This document shows positions 42,541 to 63,200 of a DNA stretch of 64,000 nucleotides, piece after piece. The DNA comes from Aotus nancymaae. Taxonomy: Eukaryota. Position 1 is the stretch's first letter. Every line of letters begins with the position of its first letter. The notes under the pieces are model-generated. The model made no database searches and had not been told where the DNA came from. It saw nothing but the letters and a program-made list of their open reading frames with translations. The position numbers were made by a program, and so were the translations under genes. The DNA is taken from positions 6,579,875 to 6,643,874 of the forward strand of contig NW_026988420.1 in the NCBI RefSeq assembly GCF_030222135.1, written 5' to 3'.

Positions 42541-43051
42541 GCCTGAATTTTTTAAACAAAAATGAGTTAATTCTGAGTTCAACACATGTAAACATTCATT
42601 TTTCAATTTTGACATTTCATAATATAGTAAAATACCTTGATCACTAGAAATAATTTGATACACTGGTGTAACTGTTCATATCTGTTGTTTATCTGTTGAA
42701 TATTTAGGTGTACTCTTCTAAGCTAATTGTAACAGGAGCCTAAACACTGGATTTCTTTCGTTGTACTTCCTGGCTCTCTGATTATTGCAGATGGCAAGCA
42801 AGGGGGATGCTGGATACAGTTCCATTTGCTGACAGCCATCAGGATAATATGATGGGCACATGTTCCAATCATCCTCATTTTTTATTTAAATAGCAGGCTA
42901 ATTAAGGACCTTGAAGAGTGTTAGAAAGTTTCACGATCTGCTTATGTACTGTGATTTAACCGTATTATAATTCTTTAATGGGAATTTTATAAACAGGCAT
43001 AGTTTGAGAGGCAGAGTTTCCAACAGACCTAATGGAGTTTTTTCCCTTTAG

Positions 43052-43184
43052 GTGTAAAAGGAAGAGAACATCTCCTGGACCTAATTGCCACAATGCTGGT
43101 ACTACAGTTTATTCGCACCAGGTTGGAAAAAGAGGGAATAGTGTTCAAATCACTGATGAAACTGGATGACGCTTCTGTTTTCAG
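43052..43184 (+). CDS. PARP4: PARP4 exon: VKGREHLLDLIATMLVLQFIRTRLEKEGIVFKSLMKLDDASVF(R)
   Basis: Acceptor ttttttccctttag|, donor CAG|gtggct. Phase 1 to 2. Confidence 0.8.
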
Positions 43185-44034
43185 GTGGCTTTAACTATAG
43201 TATTATGCAACTTATTTATATTTTCAACCATTTATTTAATAAACCTTACAAACAGCTATAGGGGATTAGCTTACATGTGTAGACTACTTTTTAAGTATGT
43301 AGGAAGAGAATTTGTTTGCAGGTGACAGCTTGCCCACAGTCTCCTGTGGTGGGTAGGGCTGATGTGGTAATTGCACCTTGGGCTGGACAGGAAACGGGCT
43401 TAGAGATTTTCAGTGCAGCTCCTGCTGGAGGCTGGCACTTCTGGCTCCTGATGTGGTACTCTTCACTGCAGTGTGCTGATCCCGGGGGCCTCCAGAAGAC
43501 CCACAATATAACTGTTGGGTCCAGCCGTGTTCCCAAAAATGGCAGGGCCTGGGACAAGGATACAAACGAAAACCCACATACTATATGTCTAAGTATCTAA
43601 AAGTTATCAATCAAACTAGCAACCTATTAGATTAAAAGTGTTCTAATTTCCTACTTTGGCAAATACAACTTCCTAACCACCTGGAAAGCCAGGTTCAAAT
43701 TCAGCCCTTGGCTCACCCCTAGCACCCTAAGAGACCTTGCATGCACACATGAATACCACACCCCACTCATCAAAATGCCATCCAGACCCCATGCCAGTGC
43801 CCCCTCACCCCAGCCACCTTGCAGCACGAGTGAGATAGCAGCACAGTTCAAACTCAGAATGGCAGACCCAGGGAAGACCCTGGAAGTGGACTTAGGGCCA
43901 TGTGGTCAGGGATACTGGAGGTACAGGGTCTGAAAAGGAGGATATGGGCTCTGGGGTGAGCACATTCTCTTGTCCCTACAGACCCCCCACCCTATGGCGA
44001 CAGGGGCATGACCAGAGTAGGATCCCTCTGACAT

Positions 44035-44105
44035 ATATACGTATATAAGTATATACATGCACATATGCACACATATACACATACACACATAGACATACAC
44101 ATGCA
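44035..44105. repeat. (TATACA/CA)-rich simple repeat
   Basis: atatatacgtatataagtatatacatgcacatatgcacacatatacacatacacacatagacatacacatgc. Confidence 0.8.
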
Positions 44106-44283
44106 ATTGGCTTATGTTCTTTTAAAGGCAAGATAAGGGGAAAACTAATCAAACTAATAAAAATATTATTATGAGGGGTCTTTGGTAGAGGGGACAAGGA
44201 TGGAAGCTAGGGTTCTCCTAGTGTACTTTGTTTTGCAGTTTTGACTTTGAAGCTATGTAAATATTTTACATAATAATGGATAA

Positions 44284-44592
<309 letters not shown>

Positions 44593-44610
44593 TAATTTAA
44601 GGTGACTTTA

Positions 44611-44961
<351 letters not shown>

Positions 44962-45451
44962 TCAGGATTAAAAAATATTACAAAGAAATCTCACTGGGAG
45001 TAGCCATGGTGTTAATAATACTTTTGATTTGTTATTTTGGGAGGTAGATATTAATATTGTTAGAAACTAATATGTATAAAATCAAAGAAGTTAAATTAAA
45101 CCCCTTGAATTCTAAATTTGAATTAGATGAGAGGATAGAGAAACATGTTACATGACACCATGGAAATGCAGTCAGCAAAGTCTGGAATGTGGGGAAATAA
45201 ATGGCAAGAGAAAAAAAGGGTTGAGGAGTGGAACCTGTAAATCAACTTTTAGAGACATACCAACCAAAAGCAATGGTAGACCTTGTTAAGATCCTGATTT
45301 GACCAAAACCCACTGCATTTTAAAAAATGAGACAGGGAAAATTAAACACTACCTGGGGATATTTTATTATATTAAAGAAATATTGATAACTATTTTTTAA
45401 GTGTCATGATTAAGAAAAAGTTCTCAAACACGAAACAGGTGTTCAGGAAGT

Positions 45452-45880
45452 TCTGGGCTAGACCCATTGGCTCATGCCTATAATCCAAGTACTTTGGGAG
45501 GCTGAGATGGGAGGATCACTTGAGCCCAGCAAGATCAAGTCCAGGAGTTTAAGACCAGCCTAGGTAACCAGCAAGACCCTCATCTCTACAAAAATGTTTT
45601 TTTTAATTACCCAGGCATTGCTGGGCACTGTGGCTCACACCTGTAATCCCAGCACTTTGGGATGCCAAGGCCAGAGGATTGCTTGCATCCAGGTGTTTAA
45701 GACCAGCCTGGACAACATATCAAGACTCTGTCTCTACAAAAAATTAAAAATTAGCTGAGTGTGATAGTGTGTGACTACTTGGGAACTGAGGTGGAGAGAT
45801 TACTTCAGCCCAGGAGGTCAAGGCTGCAACGAGTTGTGATTGTGCCACTGCACTCCAGTGAGACTCTGTAAAAAAGAAAA
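45452..45880 (+). mobile_element. Two Alus (45452-45605 partial; 45622-45880)
   Basis: gacccattggctcatgcctataatccaagtactttgggaggctgagatgggaggatcac... and gctgggcactgtggctcacacctgtaatcccagcactttgggatgccaaggccagagg... Confidence 0.8.
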
Positions 45881-45886
45881 TCATAA

Positions 45887-46373
<487 letters not shown>

Positions 46374-46675
46374 TGAATATCAAAGAAAAAAACACTTTGA
46401 ACAGCTAGGAGATGGGACTGAAAAATTAGTATTTGACTTAATAGACATATCCAAAGAAGTACTTATTCTATTTAGATCATTTCCAATTATTAATATTATA
46501 GCTGTTAGAACAAGCATAAACTTTGAAGCTACTTTTGAACTGTAATATCACAAAGTATTAAAGATTTTCAGAACTGATCAAGTATACTCCAGCATATTGT
46601 TCTTACTACATTACTGCTGTTGTGCTAGCAAAATAGTTTGTTGGCACTTTAATACATAAGACAAAATGATTTTAG

Positions 46676-46990
<315 letters not shown>

Positions 46991-48285
46991 TTATTGCATA
47001 TTTGAAACTTTTTTCTATATTTTCTGTTTCAAGATGTACATAACATTGGTGCAGGAGCACATTACATGGGAGTGTAGGCACAAGATTTTCTTACTAGTGG
47101 AATGGTGAACCAAAAAGTATAGAAGCCACTAGACTGAAGGAGGCCAGCTGAATTAGTGAAAATATTCAAAACCAGTTTTGTTGCTTTCAGCAGTTAGTAA
47201 CTATAAGTAGATGAATATTTACCAGGAAATACTGGTCTTTTAACCACTTTGGGCATGCTTCTTATTTAGTATGTTCATTCCATCATGACATTTAGTGAAC
47301 ATTTGTTGAATGCCTGCTGTGTACCAGGGACTAGTAATCATGTTAAATTTATAAGCTTTGTTAATTTCCACCACAAACCCATAGAACCTCATGTTATTCT
47401 CATAATTGAGTAAACTGAGATTCCCAGTGTTGAATGAAAGCCACACAGTATCACATGGCCAATGTCATGTGATTGCAGAGTCAGAACTCAAACTCAGCTC
47501 TTAACCACCACGCTATACTGATGGCCCTTTCTCAGTTCACAAGGAAAAATCAGGAACAGGGAGAGGATTTTCAAAATATTAAGTTTCCCCCCATAGAATT
47601 TTCTTAAGAACTTTTGTGTATGTTGTCACTGTTCACTAACAATTTCTAGCAGATGACAGAACAAATGAGGAAGTAGCTAATTAATATTAAACAATCTCAG
47701 AATTTTCCTGAGTGTTGAATAGACTTGAATATTCAACAGTCTCAAATATTCGACACCATTTAGTGGACACAGACTTGGCTCTATACGCTTATTCTACCAA
47801 GTTGTTCCTGGTTTACATGACACAACTGAATATACGCCAGTTTCATGGGGGACTCAGATATTCTGAAGGTACCTAGGCAAGTTGGTACAGTGGGAAGGAG
47901 AGAGAAACAGATGCCTCATTTGTAAAATAGTACTTGAGTTTGTACGTGAAGAATGGATAGGATTTCGATTGAGAAGCATGAAAAGGGGACAGCCATAAAC
48001 AGCTGTAAAGAGGCTGGAACTTGAGCTGTCCTGCAGGCAGCGGGGATGCCCGGAGGCACGTGGAAGCCAGGAAGTGATGGGCATAGGACACTTGACAACA
48101 CAGTTCCTCAGTTCAAGGTCAGACGGGTAGAAGAACTTCCATAAGATATCAAGGAGAACTGCTTTTATTAAATATCTTAATTTTTGGCAGAATCATTTTG
48201 TCTGATATAATGTGATGGGTTTAAATGTAGTATTTCACGTGTAATTATATTCTGATATCTGAAACATTTATTTGTTTTAATCTAG

Positions 48286-48481
48286 GACTATTCCCTGGGC
48301 TTTTGAGGCAACAGAGAAAGCAAGTGAATGGGTAAGAAGAACTGAAGGACAGTACCCATCAATCTGCCCGCGGCTTGAACTGGGGAAAGACTGGGACTCT
48401 GCCACCAAGCAGCTGCTGGGACTCCAGCCCATAAACACTGCATCCCCTCTTCATAGAGTCCTTTATTACAGTCAAGGCTAA
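48286..48481 (+). CDS. PARP4: PARP4 terminal coding exon: (R)TIPWAFEATEKASEWVRRTEGQYPSICPRLELGKDWDSATKQLLGLQPINTASPLHRVLYYSQG*. The 3'UTR continues to ~48630.
   Basis: Acceptor tttgttttaatctag|, in-frame TAA at 48479-48481, AATAAA downstream. Confidence 0.8.
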
Positions 48482-48604
48482 ATCAAATGAAACTGAATTT
48501 TAAACTTTTTACATGCTTCTATGTAGAAAATAATCAAATGTTATAGATACTTATAATGAAACTTCATTAAGGCTTTATTCAGTGTAGCAATTAATCTCTT
48601 TAAA

Positions 48605-48610
48605 AATAAA
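48605..48610 (+). terminator. PARP4: Polyadenylation signal AATAAA for the PARP4 transcript
   Basis: aataaa ~125 nt after the stop codon. No further in-frame exons follow. Confidence 0.6.
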
Positions 48611-48699
48611 GTAAGTGGAAGCAGAATTACTTTAATCAACTAACAAGCAATAATAAAATGAAACTTACAAATTACAGTTTTCTGTGTTTCAGTGTTTTT

Positions 48700-49391
<692 letters not shown>

Positions 49392-49639
49392 TGAAAAGCT
49401 GGCTCAGCTGGACTGAGCAAGCTGAGAAGAAACATGGTCTTTGGCTGATGTCAGCATCCCTGACATATGCCTGGTTCCAGAGCCTGGCTACCTGGACTGT
49501 GGCCCTCAGTGTGCAAAGCCTGCAGATCCCTTGATCCATTTCTTCTTACATAGGGAAACTAGGTATCCCAAGCAATTATTTCATGAATCTTACTTTTGAT
49601 GTTGCATATAAAATCTCATTGCCAAATCCAATGTCATCT

Positions 49640-49800
49640 AGATTTTTTGTTTCCAGAGACAGAGTATCCCTCTGTTGCCTAGGCTGGAGTGCAGTGGCAC
49701 AATCATGGCTCATCACAGTCTCGAACTGCTGGGCTTAAGCGATCCTCGTGCCTCAGCCTCCCAAGTAGAAGGGACAAGAGGCATATGCTACCACACCCAG
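49640..49800 (-). mobile_element. Alu fragment
   Basis: ttttttgtttccagagacagagtatccctctgttgcctaggctggagtgcagtggcacaatcatggctcatcacagtc... Confidence 0.8.
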
Positions 49801-50200
49801 CTAGTTTTGTACTTTTTACATTTCAGACTATGATCATTTCGATTTATGTTTTGTAAAAGGTGTAAGATCACTTTCCATCTTTCTCCACACAACCACTTGC
49901 AAGCCATTCCCCCTCTGCCTTATGTAAAATGCAATTTCTTTGACATTCCCTACCTGTTCTCATCACCATCATTCACCAGCCATCCAAGCCCTCCCTCATT
50001 CCTGTGGTTCCTGCCTTCATCTTCAGTGACTTCCAACATCCTGAGCTATGGCCCGGCCTAATGCTCTGGCCAGTCACTACTAACATTTTTAGAAGTCTTG
50101 TTTGTGGTGATCTATACATATGAGCACTGAAATTCAAAGAAAAAGTGAAGAATTTTTGCCTGTATTTGGAAACTTTTCTTTTTATATATATATAGAGCAA

Positions 50201-50920
50201 ACTTTATTTTTTAAATTTATTTATTTAACTTTAGGTGCATACTATATCTGGCATTTCTCCCCATGTTATCCCTCCCCACCTCCCACTGTCTCTCCCCTAC
50301 CCTCTCAACTGCCCTCAGTGTGTGATGCTCCTCTCCCTGAGTCCACGTGTTCTCATTGTTCAACACCCATCTATGAGTGAGAACATTTGCTGTTTGGCTT
50401 TCTGTTCTGGTGTCAGTTTGCTGAGAATGACGGCTTCCAGATTCATCTAAGTCCCTACAAAGGATACGAACTCATCGTTTTTTATGGCTGCATAGTATTC
50501 CATGGTGTATATGTGCCACATTTTCTTTGTCCAGTCTATCATTGATGGGCATTTGGGTTGGTTCCAGGTCTTTGCTATTGTACACAGGAGTGCAATGAAC
50601 ATACGTGTGCATGTGTCTTTATAGTAGAATGATGTATAGTTCTTTGGGTATATGCCTAGTAATGGGATTACTGGGTCAAATGGAATTTCTATTTCTAGAT
50701 CCTTGAGAACATATGAAAAAATGCTCATCATCACTGGTCATTAGAGAAATGCAAATCAAAACCACATTGAGATACCATCTCACGCCAGTTAGAATGGCGA
50801 TCATTAAAAAATCTGGAGACAACAGATGCTGGAGAGGATGTGGAGAAATAGGAACACTTTTACACAGTTGGTGGGAGTGTAAATTAATTCACTGTGGAAG
50901 ACAGTGTGGCGCTTTCTCAA
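50201..50920 (-). mobile_element. 5'-truncated L1 with a 5' inversion (twin-priming structure). 50201-50705 is the L1 3' end on the - strand with A-rich tail. 50706-50920 is an adjacent upstream ORF2 segment in the opposite (+) orientation. The two segments overlap by ~15 nt in L1 coordinates. TSD-like flanks are caaactttattttt and gaaactttcttttc.
   Basis: Minus ORF 50447..50734 (L1 ORF2 C-terminus: ...FIALLCTIAKTWNQPKCPSMIDWTKKMWHIYTMEYYAAIKNDEFVSFVGT) and plus ORF 50713..50940 (ORF2: [57 protein letters not shown]). Confidence 0.8.
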
Positions 50921-51112
50921 GGAAACTTTCTTTTCAATAGGTAATAAACAGAAAGACAAAGAAAGAGAACTCTGCCTGGGTCTTATGAATAAATAAACCC
51001 ACTGAAGGAGACGATCTTCCTATTTTAGATTAGTCACAGGAAGAAGAAATCCAGGAAAACCTCTTCTGCCATGCTAGGTAGGGAGGAGTGGGGTGAGAGT
51101 TAAGATGTCTCA

Positions 51113-51483
<371 letters not shown>

Positions 51484-52337
51484 TCAGCTCTAAGCAACTG
51501 ATTATACTGGGTATCTGCCAAATATCTGCCCTAAGGCCAAAACAGTATGAGAAGCCTCAATTCTGGAAAGATTGCTAGAGGTTGGTATTGGAAGCAGAGA
51601 AGGCTAATTGTCCTCCTGTGTCAATTCCCAGGATTGGATTCTGGCCATCCATCCAACTGGAGTGCACGCCCTTGCATCTGGGGGTGGCCATGACACTAAT
51701 TTCTAGCCAATGGGATATGAATAGATTTGATGATTACAACTTCCAGGTCAGGTCCTCAAAAAGGGAAACTACTTACTTACCACATCCATTTTCCCTACCC
51801 ATGGGCTTTGAGTCAGCTCCACCCTGCAGCAGATGGCACACCCTGGCGGAGCTACGGGCCCCAAAACAAAAGGAACCTTTGTCCCTGGGTGAAATGGAAC
51901 AAAAACACCTACTCACCTTGAACCACCTGCCCACTTTCAGGCCGCCAAGTGAGAAAGAAATATGCTTTATCTTGTTTGAGCTACTATTTGGAGAATTTTT
52001 GTGACAGCAACTTAGCCAGTATTGTAAAGAAACAGCATTGTATCTGTCTTATAAGAACACCATAGTGGCAGCAACACTACTCCTCCTCTCCTCCCCAGGA
52101 CTACAGAGAGATAAAGCCCACACTGAAAACCCCATCAGGCCTGAGAATCATACTCAGACCTGAGGCTGAGTGAGGGGAATAGGCAATTGAGCAACTGGCG
52201 TCATTTCCTGAAAAGGCATCTCTCAACCTCACCTTGTCACCTGCCCTCCAGCTGTCACTGGATTCATTTCTAACCTTTACGAATTTGTCCAGAGTGGCTT
52301 ATCTTTCTATCTCACCCTGCAATCTACTCTCTACTAG

Positions 52338-52879
<542 letters not shown>

Positions 52880-52989
52880 TAACTTTCTATATTGTTAATC
52901 ATGTAATTGATGATTTTTCACAAATTGAACACATGAAACTGACATCCAAGTCAAGAAATAGAACCTCACACCCCAGAAGCCTCCTTCCT

Positions 52990-57700
<4,711 letters not shown>

Positions 57701-58721
57701 AAACTTTTATTTCATAATTATGTATTGCTTAAACTATGCTAGATAGTGGGATGGAAGGCAAGTTAGAATTAAACAGCTTCATAAAAATACATATGATGCT
57801 CAAACTTTGCCTGTATATTTATCAACAATAATTAAGATATAAGATTTACCAAAATAAGGCATATTAACATTGATAAACAACATAGCTTTTTTCATTTGGT
57901 TTCTGCCCACAGAATACCACACCTCTACTTCTGACTGCTCCTTCATTAATCATAATTATAATACTGAAATAACTCTAGCTGAAGTGCCCAAAAGTTATGT
58001 TTTTTAAAACCAGGTAAGGAAATATAAAAACACAGAAAGTGAGTATGCAGTTGCACACATTCCAATAACTCCACATTTTAGCATTATTTTTCATACTCTT
58101 ACATTAATTTATACATAGAAATATCTCATTTCATTAACAATTATAGTTTATAGTAAGTTGTCAAAAGGAACTGCTTTATTTTTAAAGTATAGAACTGTTT
58201 CTAGATATTATAAAAGTGTGCTAAACTGTTGGTATTAAACAAATTATTATAAACATAAGTGTGAATAATACTTCAATACCAGTCACTGACCATTTCTAAA
58301 TAATAAACATGTATTTTTCTTTTTATGGAACTAAAATTCAATGATAAGGCTCCTTATTTTAAAAGCATGCAATCATGATATATAAAAAAATGTTTTGGGG
58401 TTTTATATTCATTGAAATGTTTGCTCTTTTGGAAAACCATTCTGGTACTTCAGGATTCTTTTGGTACAAGCTCAATCCTATAATTCCTGATCCAAAATTT
58501 TTAAGCTTAACAAAAAGCAACACAACTGTTTGTTTAAATATGTTGAAAATTTTCTCCATTTCCAAAGACAAATTTAAGCCATTGTCTCATATTGGAAAAT
58601 TATACTTAACCACATTATAACCTCCTTTACACAGGTTTGACTTGCATACTAACAATTTATTAGCTAACCAAACAACACAAGTTAATGAAAACTTCCTTTG
58701 AGAAAGTTGGCTCTTTTTTGA

Positions 58722-59180
<459 letters not shown>

Positions 59181-59669
59181 TAAGTATTTAGTACTGTCTG
59201 AAATACCACTTACATAGACAGTTCTAGAAGCATTTTGATAAGGCAGCAACATCTGGAAGATATTTAACCATTTCTTTTTCTCTGAAAACTTTTCTGTCTA
59301 TTTAAAGTATAAAATTGCAATATAATCTCAGACCCAACTTTCTTCCCATAAAATGCACACAGAAGAACAGAACAAAAGGTAAAAGATCAAGATCATATAC
59401 AAAGCAGAAGAAAGTGCAGTAACTCGTCTTCCTTCTTGTACGATATGGCAAAATAAAAGCATTTCATGTGTTTAGTTTTGAAATTTAAAAATATTCAAGT
59501 GTTTTTGTTAGATCTCCTTTTTTTCTTTACTGCCCACTACTACGTCCTTTTTCTTCTTTTAATACCAGTCTTTGAGGGCATGAATCAGGTCTCAAAGCAC
59601 TTTAAATACTTCTCACAAAAGACTTTTAGGACATTACTAAATGTCACACAACAATTAATACAAAGATAA

Positions 59670-60040
<371 letters not shown>

Positions 60041-60290
60041 CTTTGTAGCTGATAATTTTCTTAGACATTTTGTAATCAATAAAATTTCTCTGTAATAGTT
60101 TTAACAGGCAATATATTTGCATTAGATTTCATTTAATGAAAAAAAAAAACACCTCTCTTGGATTTTGAAAAACATAGTAATTTTTTTCATACCTGAATAT
60201 TATTTATAATAAAACACATGTTTAGGGTAGAATTGACTGAATTACTGCAAATAAAAGTAATTTTAACCTACAAACCTTCATACTTCTAAT

Positions 60291-63200
60291 TCAAGGACAT
60301 TTCTTTAACTTTAGCATGACTTTCAAGCACCCTGGTTTAATTTCAGAGAACCTGAAACTATGGTTTATGACGTGTTTAATGACAGCTGGTTTGATGCGAG
60401 CAAATCCTCCCTGGCTGTGGTTTCCTCTCCCCGTAATCACAGACAAATAGGGCTTCCCACCATTCTGTTTAAATTCTTCAGTCTTCTTTTCTAAAACTTT
60501 CATCAAATGATTTAGAGCTTCCTCCACATGCAGCCTAGGGAGGTCTAAAACATTCTGTGGCAGCAGTGAGGCACTGACTTTCTCAAAGATCTCCACAGCA
60601 GCAAGGTGATTGTCCTCTTTCATCTTCAGTTCATGAAGAGTACCCTACTGGGTATAAAAGGTGGCGACATGTGTTTTCCCTATCCGATAAGCTTCTTTGG
60701 CCTTGCTGTAACACTCCATCCTCTTCTGTTGGTGAAGGAAAGCCTCTGCCCTGTAGTCATCATAGTCTGGGTACTCACAGTCTTGGAAAGACAGTTCGCT
60801 TGGTGTTTCTTCATTCTCTTTTAATTTCCTTGGCTTTTTCTCTTTAGACTTCTGGCCAGTATGAGATGTGACATTCTCATTTTCGTGAACAAACTCTTGA
60901 GCTACAACTGCTTTTACAGGGTCCCCTTCAAAAACACAGTTTAGAAATTGCACTGTGTGTTCTAATGAATAGTTGTGGTCTTTGAAAATATCCACCAGAA
61001 AATTTTGGTTAATGCCTGGAAATATCTCAAAGAGCTGCTTCTCCTTTAGTTTAGTGGCACAATCTTTTTCAAACATAAGTCTCTCCCTTTTCAAATTATG
61101 TTTTTCCTGTAAGGCAATTTCTTCTGACATTATTTCTCTGAGTGATACTTTTTTAGTTTGAATATTCCAATGATCCAATAAAGATAGCATTTCAGGTGCT
61201 GCTAAAGTCTTCAGTAACTTTTTGCCTGTTCTCTGAGATGATTTTTGTTCAGGATTATCAAGACCAGTATGTCCAACCAAGGAAGGATCTTGCATAAGCT
61301 TGCCACAAGACACTTCTTCTTGTCTTTGTCGTTCCATTACAGATTCTTTCCATTTCTCATGAATCACTTTGGCCAGGTTCAGATATATATGAACCACACA
61401 ATCTTCAACTGTTAGAGATCCTGAATCAATACCAACAGGACCAAATAATTCATTAAGTTGAAAAGCCAGTTCAGTGGGTAATGCCAATTCCAGACAGTCT
61501 ATGGTCAGAGATCTGGCCATCACTGCAGTGGGATTCAATATCTCGGTTTTAATCTTCCTCACTAACTCCAGTTGATAAACCACTTCCTGCCATTAGAATT
61601 TCCTCCATTTCCTGCTCATCTTCATTCATAAATTCTTGTGTGTCTAAAAATTTCACATAATCCTTTAGAAGATTTTCATTTCTCTTTATTTCAAGAGTCA
61701 GTAAAATAAATTTCTTCATTTAATTCAAGATTTGAAGTACTAGATGCAAAGTTAAAAATATCAGAGAAATCGAATGTTTGTTGTCTCCAATCTCTGTGAC
61801 TACTAGGTTTTTCTCTGCTGCACTCGTATCTCTAGGGGTAGCAGCTTTTAGAATACCTGGAAAGGACTGCTTACTGCTATATAAAAGTTCCACCTGGCTG
61901 TTAGGAAGTATGTCATTATTATTCTTTAGACCCACAGCAGCACGGGGAAAAATACTTTTCATTGATTCAGGGTTTTCAGGAGTAACAGCTCTCATTTCTG
62001 CCTGCTCTGAGTTTCTTCTTTCTGCATCACAACTAGACTGTGAGTTAGCATTACTAATACCAGTCCCATGGCAAAACTCTGGCATAGGAGAATTCAAATT
62101 CTCTAAAGTTCCTCTTTGGCTAATAACTTCTTTCAAATTCAACCCCAGAGAAAAAGGCCCAATTTGTGATCCATCGAACGATTTTTGGAAATTCTCAAAT
62201 TCTGTATCCTCACATAATTTAGTTTCAGAATCCAACAAAAAGGCTTGTGGCCCAAATAATATCTTTATTACACCCCTCATATAAGTCTTTCAGGGCTTCT
62301 AATGAAAAGGATCCAAATAGTTTACAAAGAATGTTAAGATTTTCAGATTCATCTGCACTGGTAAGCTCACTTTCTTCAACAAATGTGCTTTTATCATACA
62401 TTACTCTATATGGAATTGCTTCTTGAACGTCTGATTTTGTGTTAATATTGAAAGCTTTTGGCTTAAATCCATCTAATCTTCCTGTTAATACTTCAATAGA
62501 ATCTGAAATGCTGATTTTATTCTTTTCTATTTTCCATAAAAGAGCAAAATCCTGTGGTTCAGTCTGAGTACACATGCCTACTTCTTTTCCAGCATCTCTC
62601 TTAGGCATTCCCTCTTGAATTTCAGCTAACATTTGTGGTTCTACTACTCCAGAAATAGTTGGTGCATTATTGGTAAAAGTAAGAGGCAATGATGTGTGTT
62701 CCCATGACTCATTTTACTTAGACAAGTCTGACTCTCACAGGTCATTACACTGGGTAGCATTTCAGAACTTCCTAGATTGGAGCCACCCAACATCTTTAGT
62801 TTTTGAGGGCTTATGCCCCAGCAGGCCTCATGTGCTGTATATAAGGATATTTCATTCATTTTGTCATTTGTTCCAATTTCTAGGTTGGGCTCACTTAAAC
62901 CAGTCTTTGGCCTTCTTGATCTGTGTTCCCTCTGAGCTAAAGAATCAGATGAAGGCCAGTCACCCATGCTGAATGAATTTTTTTCATTACTTTTATAAGC
63001 ATCATATTTATAGCTATTGAGTGGCTCTGAAGCATCATCACATTGTGACTTTCTGCCATCCTCTACACTTTCATGCGGAGATCCTCGTTGCTGAACACCA
63101 TCTATATTCACAGATACACTGTTATCTAATACTTTACGTGACTGAAGGTAATTATACTTTTTGTCACTTTGTACAGATGAAGTTTTTTCCATTTTTCTGT

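Noticed and set aside
57911-58014. Exon-like segment with a strong acceptor (tttctgcccacag|) and donor (aaccag|gtaagg) on the + strand
   Set aside because: All three frames hit stop codons within it. It has no partner exons or gene context between the L1 cluster and the N4BP2-like copy. Most likely a chance pseudo-exon. It could be a non-coding exon, but nothing supports that.
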